Source: Pelagomonas calceolata (Eukaryota). From it: a stretch of DNA of 64,000 nt. The position numbers and the translations under genes were made by a program. Location: assembly GCA_918797485.1 (NCBI GenBank), contig CAKKNE010000002.1, positions 558,001 to 622,000 on the forward strand. Direction: 5' to 3'. A model generated the notes under the pieces. That model searched no databases. It was not told the DNA's origin and saw nothing but the letters and a program-made list of their open reading frames with translations. Shown in pieces: positions 59,342 through 64,000 of this stretch; the first letter of the stretch is position 1; each line of letters starts with the position of its first letter.

Positions 59342-62300
59342 TCACTCCTCCACAGGCTGCAATTCCACGCCCTCGTAAGGCACGAAGCTGTCGTAGTGGT
59401 TCTCGCCGTTGTACAGCAGGAACGTGTCCGTATCATCTAAATCATCCAATTCCGACAATTTGAGCTCGCGTCTGACAAGCACGCCGCCGTTCCAAGCGTC
59501 GTTCTCGTCTAAGTCCTTCTCGAAGCAGTATATGTCGTCCGTACGGAGATAGTCCGTACGGCTGCTCTCCAGCACGAAGATGCGGCCGGGCGCCCGTCCC
59601 GCCAAGGCCATCAGCTCCCACGCTCCGCAGAAGTATTCGAACTCGGCTTTATCCCGCATGGCTTCCTCTGAAGCAACCGAGGGACTGATCCTCTTAAGAT
59701 CATCATACAACTGGTGCGCGTCTAGGGTGTCGTCAACGATCCCATTACCGTGAAGCATCTTTACATTTTCGTAGATAGAGTTGAACATGACGCTGCCCTC
59801 TTGGAGAGAATCCGCGAGATAGCGCCGCACCGGTTCGTACCAAGCATTGTCATCGTCTTCGAGCTCGTTTTCTTCGTCATGGTCGAGCGGTTGCCAGGCA
59901 CTTTTCAATTCGCCAGCGCACCAAAGCCGCATGCGCTCGGGTCCCGCGAGTGTGCAGTGCCCGTCGCCCTCTTCCTCGCAGAAGACTCGACCGTGGCTGT
60001 CCATATACTCGAAGAGTGTAACTAATTCATTGTAGGACATGTTGTCCTGCTCCGCCGTCAGCCGCAAGCGTTCGATGGACGTTTCATCATAATCGTCAAA
60101 TTTATCTTTGAGCTCTTCATATGTGATTCGTCGCGTCCGATGGTCGTCCCGCTCGGGATCCCGGGCCTCGCGTCTCATCTTCGAAGCTCCGCGCCCGGCC
60201 CGTTTCTTGGCGGCCGGCTTCCGTCGCGGCGGCGCGGCCCGCTTCTTCGATGGCTTCGACGAAGCCTCGGCGGCCGGCTCTAGCTGCGGCGCCCACGTGA
60301 CGCTCTTCTGCTTCGCGGGCGAGCCTTCGTAAATCTTCGCGTGGAGGATGTCGATCGTCATGCGCCGGCGAAGATGCGCCATGTCGTCCTGCGAGAAGTC
60401 GAGCGGTGCTCCGAATGATAAGTAATTAGCTGAAAATGCCAGGAACAGGCCGCAGTCGCAGTTGGACTTCTGTTTTGGCGTGTCGCGAGTCGTCCCGAGC
60501 GTTCCCCAACCCGAGGGGAATTTGCCCTGCTGCGAGGCGCGCCATTCTTTCTGGAGCCACTCCTTCATAGCTCTCAGATACATTGCACCGTCGGTGTAAC
60601 GTCCAGAATCAAAGTACCTGATGATTTTATTGTCGAAGTCCACCATAATTAGAGTCCAGTGCCAGTTGTCGTGGCATATCGGCACGAAGAGCTTCGATAA
60701 CGAGAACACGTCCACATTTCTATGCCAACGTTTCAGTTCCTCCTCTTCGCCTTCTTTCACCCGACCCGAGCGAACTCGCATCCATTGAGACATGAAGAAG
60801 CTACTGAAGTAGTGGGTCTTTCCTCGTCGAGGGTCGGCCGCGAGCAGTGCGTCGTCGCGTTGCTGCAGCAATCTTAAGTAACAGTTGATCACCTCGGACT
60901 TGAGCCAGCCCTCGCGTCCCGATTTTCCGAGGGCTTCCGCATCCTCTCCCAGGACGTCGTATGTTCTGTTATTGTGCGTGTAGGTGACGAGTTTCTTATT
61001 CGCTCTGGCCTCCCAAGCTCTGTCCACCTCCTTTTGCTCGTCCGGCGTCAAAGGATCTTTACACGTGTTCACTCGCGCGAGCTCGGCGTCGGCTCTGGGA
61101 CCGAGGGCAGGTGGGGACGGCTCTTCTTCTTCCTCCTCCTCCTCTTCATCAGGGTCCACTCGTTCTCCGATATCAGGAACGAAGCTGTCGAAGTGGTTTA
61201 AACCGTTGTAGAGCAGGACGGCGTCCGCCTCGTCCAACGTCTCCCTTACAATATCAATCGCGGGTCTGACGTGCACGCCACCAGTCCACTCGTCTCTTTC
61301 ATCACGCTTCTTCTCGTAGCAGATCCCGTACGTGCCTTTATCGAGCACGAAGATGCGCCCGGGCACCCGTCCCACCAAGGCCATCAGTTCCCACGCGCCG
61401 CAGAAGTATTCTCTGCCACATCTAGGGCGCAGGGCGCCCTCCGAAGCGATCCAGGTGGAGATACCGCTGAGCTCTTCTAGGAGATCAGTGTTCACGGCAT
61501 ACGATTGCGATTCGTAGTCTAAGATCGACTGGAACATGTCCGTGCTCTGGTCGAGCTCAGAGGCGATGTAGCGCCGCACGTCTCTGTGCCAGCCGTCGGG
61601 GAGAGGCTGCCAGGCCGTGGTCAAATCGCCTCGTGACCAGAGTAAGGCACGCTCGGGTCCAGCGAGGCAGCAGTGCCCCGCCGGCTCCTCCTTGCAAAAG
61701 ACGCGACCTTGTTCCTCCATGAACTCAAAGAGACATTTCGCATCCACAGACGGCAGCTCTTGTAGCTCGTACAAAAAGAATTCCTCCTCCTCCTCCAGTA
61801 TCTCTACCTCAGAAAGGCGAATTCGTCGATTGCCCCACTTGTCGATTGTGTCGCCGCCCCGCGCCGGGCGCGCGCTCTTCTTCGAAGCCTTGCGCGCGGC
61901 CGGCTTCTTGGCGGCCGGCTTCTTCTTCTTCTTGGCGGCCGGTTTCTTATTCTGCGCCGCGGGCTTCCGCTTCTTCGACGGAGCCGGAGCCGGTGCGGGT
62001 GTAGATGCCGGAGGCCAGCGCGGCGGGAGCGTCGATTGCGGAGGCGGTGGAGGTCTCGACGCGCGGCGTGCATGTCCCCGCGCCTGCGGCGTTGGGTTGG
62101 CCCGCTTGTTGGCGAGCTCCGCCTCGATCATCTTCTTGAGGATGGACCCGGCCCGCCCGCCCTGACCGTACTTCCCGTCTCCGAGATCTTTCGCGACGGC
62201 AAACTTTTTGTTGAGCGACTGCACGTCCAACGAATCCAGTTTCCTCTCTTCCACCCTACCGTCAATCGGCTTGCCGTCGTCGCCGATTTCAGTAAACTCA

Positions 62301-62392
62301 ATCTTGGGCTTCTGCAAACCCTTGATGTCCGTGACGCAGTAGCGTGGGCCAGGTTCGAACTGATAAGAGCGTGTACTCCCACCTCCTGGCAT
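59342..62392 (-). CDS. OTU-like + Ulp1/SENP (C48) + OTU-like multi-protease; start uncertain (62392 or 62593)
   Basis: C48: WLKSEVINCYL, FSSFF, LFVPI...WHWTLIMVD, YFDS, PKQ..NCDCGLF. Two homologous flanking domains with (D/A)GHC.L, GAWELMAL and LLYNG.NH(Y/F)DS. Confidence 0.8.
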   Translation of the reverse strand: MPGGGSTRSYQFEPGPRYCVTDIKGLQKPKIEFTEIGDDGKPIDGRVEERKLDSLDVQSLNKKFAVAKDLGDGKYGQGGRAGSILKKMIEAELANKRANPTPQARGHARRASRPPPPPQSTLPPRWPPASTPAPAPAPSKKRKPAAQNKKPAAKKKKKPAAKKPAARKASKKSARPARGGDTIDKWGNRRIRLSEVEILEEEEEFFLYELQELPSVDAKCLFEFMEEQGRVFCKEEPAGHCCLAGPERALLWSRGDLTTAWQPLPDGWHRDVRRYIASELDQSTDMFQSILDYESQSYAVNTDLLEELSGISTWIASEGALRPRCGREYFCGAWELMALVGRVPGRIFVLDKGTYGICYEKKRDERDEWTGGVHVRPAIDIVRETLDEADAVLLYNGLNHFDSFVPDIGERVDPDEEEEEEEEEPSPPALGPRADAELARVNTCKDPLTPDEQKEVDRAWEARANKKLVTYTHNNRTYDVLGEDAEALGKSGREGWLKSEVINCYLRLLQQRDDALLAADPRRGKTHYFSSFFMSQWMRVRSGRVKEGEEEELKRWHRNVDVFSLSKLFVPICHDNWHWTLIMVDFDNKIIRYFDSGRYTDGAMYLRAMKEWLQKEWRASQQGKFPSGWGTLGTTRDTPKQKSNCDCGLFLAFSANYLSFGAPLDFSQDDMAHLRRRMTIDILHAKIYEGSPAKQKSVTWAPQLEPAAEASSKPSKKRAAPPRRKPAAKKRAGRGASKMRREARDPERDDHRTRRITYEELKDKFDDYDETSIERLRLTAEQDNMSYNELVTLFEYMDSHGRVFCEEEGDGHCTLAGPERMRLWCAGELKSAWQPLDHDEENELEDDDNAWYEPVRRYLADSLQEGSVMFNSIYENVKMLHGNGIVDDTLDAHQLYDDLKRISPSVASEEAMRDKAEFEYFCGAWELMALAGRAPGRIFVLESSRTDYLRTDDIYCFEKDLDENDAWNGGVLVRRELKLSELDDLDDTDTFLLYNGENHYDSFVPYEGVELQPVEE

Positions 62393-62613
62393 CCCCTTCC
62401 TCCCAAGAGGCGTAGCTAACACGAACTCTGAAGTCGTGCCGGCTTCACGCTCTGGACCCCTCTGCGAATCTATGGCAATCTGTCGAACATTGTCCTGGCG
62501 CTCATCCTGGGCCGTCGGTCGCTCCGGTCCGAGCAGCGCGATCCTACGTGGAAATGAACCAGTGAGAGTCGCGTCGAGGCCCGTCGAAGTCATGAAATGT
62601 CCACACTGGTAAA

Positions 62614-63999
62614 CTACGGGGCGTAGCTGATCACATCGCCGACGCGCGACGCAAAGATGGGAAACAGTAGGCCGCTTCCAGTCATCGCCGGACTGATCTT
62701 GCCCAGTAAAGCTTCTACGTCCGCTTCGAGCGTGCGCGGCGACGGCGCATGTTCGCGGGGACGTGCGGCGGCCGGCGCCGGAGCGGGCGCAGGTGCCGGG
62801 GCTGGTGCCGGGGCAGGAGCGCGTCGGGCTTCTCTTAGGGCGGCCGGTCCGCCACGCGTGCGAGCGGAAACTCCAATAGCGGAACGTCGCGCCGTCTTCA
62901 ACGCTGCCTTCGTAGCATGCGCCTTCCGTGCAGCTTCCGATCGTTTCGCCGCCGCCCCAGGCGATTCTTCCAGTCTCAGAGCGTCCGCTGCGCCCGCGAC
63001 GGCGTGCGCGAAGAGGTCCTCGACGACTCGGCGTAGCAGACCAGGGGTCTCGGACGCGTCCAGCGCGATGGCCGGGAGCTGACCGGCTTGGCGTTTCTTC
63101 ACACGGCGGAGGACGCCCTCGAGTGCTTCCAATAACTGTTGTTGATGTAACCCCCCCTCCTCCGAGAAGCCGCTGATAACAAGATTCGTCGCGGCGCCCG
63201 ATTCCCGTCGCACCAAGCACGAGCCAAAGTCCACATCAAACGCCGTGGTATGAGTCTTGAGAACCGTCGTCGCGAGCGAGAAGAAGATGCCCCGCAGAGG
63301 TAGCAGAGTAAAGGCCAGAAATGGGTTCGACATTAGAAGTAGGCCGTGGATCGTGTTGGCGCCGTCGCGCGACGAGTACTGGAGCGTCGGCGACGCACCG
63401 GCGACATCCGCGCGTCTCGGCGACGCATAGCCGTGGAGCTTGACCATGAGAGCGTTTGAACCGTGAATGATCGATATAGGGATTCTGCGCGTCGCGCCGG
63501 CGACGCCGACGCGCACCTCTATCAATGCGTTGAACGCAACACCACTTGTTGGTCGCGCGAGCAGGCGCATGCCCGCCTTTTCAAAAACGCGAGCGATGAG
63601 AGACTGCGCCAGCATGCGTTCCAGAACATCCTTGGCGCACAATGACATGGCCATCTCGTTCATGACTAGGCATGCCCAATAACAGCGCGCCTTGAGCGAG
63701 TCGTTCGGTTCGATCTTCATCACCCGCACCCTAGCTAACGTCGCAGTCGTCGCCTCGAGCACGACGACCTTGCAGTTCTCGCCGTCGACGTGGAAATCCT
63801 CGTTCTCGAGCACGTAGACCACCGGTCGATCGTCGTCCTCTCTACACATCATCGACTCCATCTCGTTGCGTTGGGGTGATGTTTTCTGGCCGTCCTCGCC
63901 AGTATAGCCGCAGTCCGTCCATTCCCTCACAATCGCCCCGTACGTCGCGTTCTGTGGCGCGAGGTTCGAGCGGTTCAGTTGCTGACGGTTGGCATACCA
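62614..63999 (-). CDS. Hypothetical protein, 5'-truncated by window edge
   Basis: Frame is open to the end of the window (WYANRQQLNRSNLAPQ...). (AP)n linker near the C-terminus; no recognised domain. Confidence 0.55.
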   Translation of the reverse strand, partial: WYANRQQLNRSNLAPQNATYGAIVREWTDCGYTGEDGQKTSPQRNEMESMMCREDDDRPVVYVLENEDFHVDGENCKVVVLEATTATLARVRVMKIEPNDSLKARCYWACLVMNEMAMSLCAKDVLERMLAQSLIARVFEKAGMRLLARPTSGVAFNALIEVRVGVAGATRRIPISIIHGSNALMVKLHGYASPRRADVAGASPTLQYSSRDGANTIHGLLLMSNPFLAFTLLPLRGIFFSLATTVLKTHTTAFDVDFGSCLVRRESGAATNLVISGFSEEGGLHQQQLLEALEGVLRRVKKRQAGQLPAIALDASETPGLLRRVVEDLFAHAVAGAADALRLEESPGAAAKRSEAARKAHATKAALKTARRSAIGVSARTRGGPAALREARRAPAPAPAPAPAPAPAPAAARPREHAPSPRTLEADVEALLGKISPAMTGSGLLFPIFASRVGDVISYAP

Positions 64000-64000
64000 C

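Noticed and set aside
62594..63220. N-terminal ~210 aa of the listed 1292-aa ORF
   Set aside because: It begins at a non-ATG codon, overlaps another same-strand ORF and has shadow-like composition, so it is probably not translated.
1..64000. Many long antisense or alternate-frame ORFs (e.g. 3912-5237+, 10075-11238+, 28333-30153-, 30297-31547+)
   Set aside because: These are shadow ORFs expected in very GC-rich coding DNA. They are Arg/Ala/Ser-rich, lack motifs, and lie opposite well-supported genes.
1..64000. tRNA, rRNA or other structured RNA genes
   Set aside because: None recognised by eye. Intergenic gaps are short, but a covariance-model search was not possible.

Overview
A gene-dense, GC-rich eukaryotic nuclear region, not prokaryotic. 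Gene content (NEK kinase, cyclin, DRG2, flagellar CFAP119, a plastid-targeted protein) and intron style point to a pelagophyte stramenopile alga (Pelagomonas/Aureococcus-like; this is an inference). About 30 protein-coding genes are supported, nearly all intronless and very tightly packed. Three things stand out. (1) All five introns I could reconstruct belong to one family of introner-type, DNA-transposon-derived elements. The four with a resolvable 5' end have an 8-bp target-site duplication that supplies the GT/GC donor, and a terminal inverted repeat ending in CAG supplies the acceptor. The elements carry a modular ~57-bp palindromic internal unit in variable copy number and range from near-pristine to decayed. 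(2) A 20-23 bp CTAGTGT...CGCTAG element occurs in eight upstream intergenic regions, seven of them head-to-head, and is a candidate bidirectional promoter element. (3) The window ends in a block encoding an OTU-Ulp1-OTU triple ubiquitin/SUMO-protease polyprotein plus an unknown ORF, possibly transposon or viral cargo. All calls were made by eye from motifs; no searches were run.
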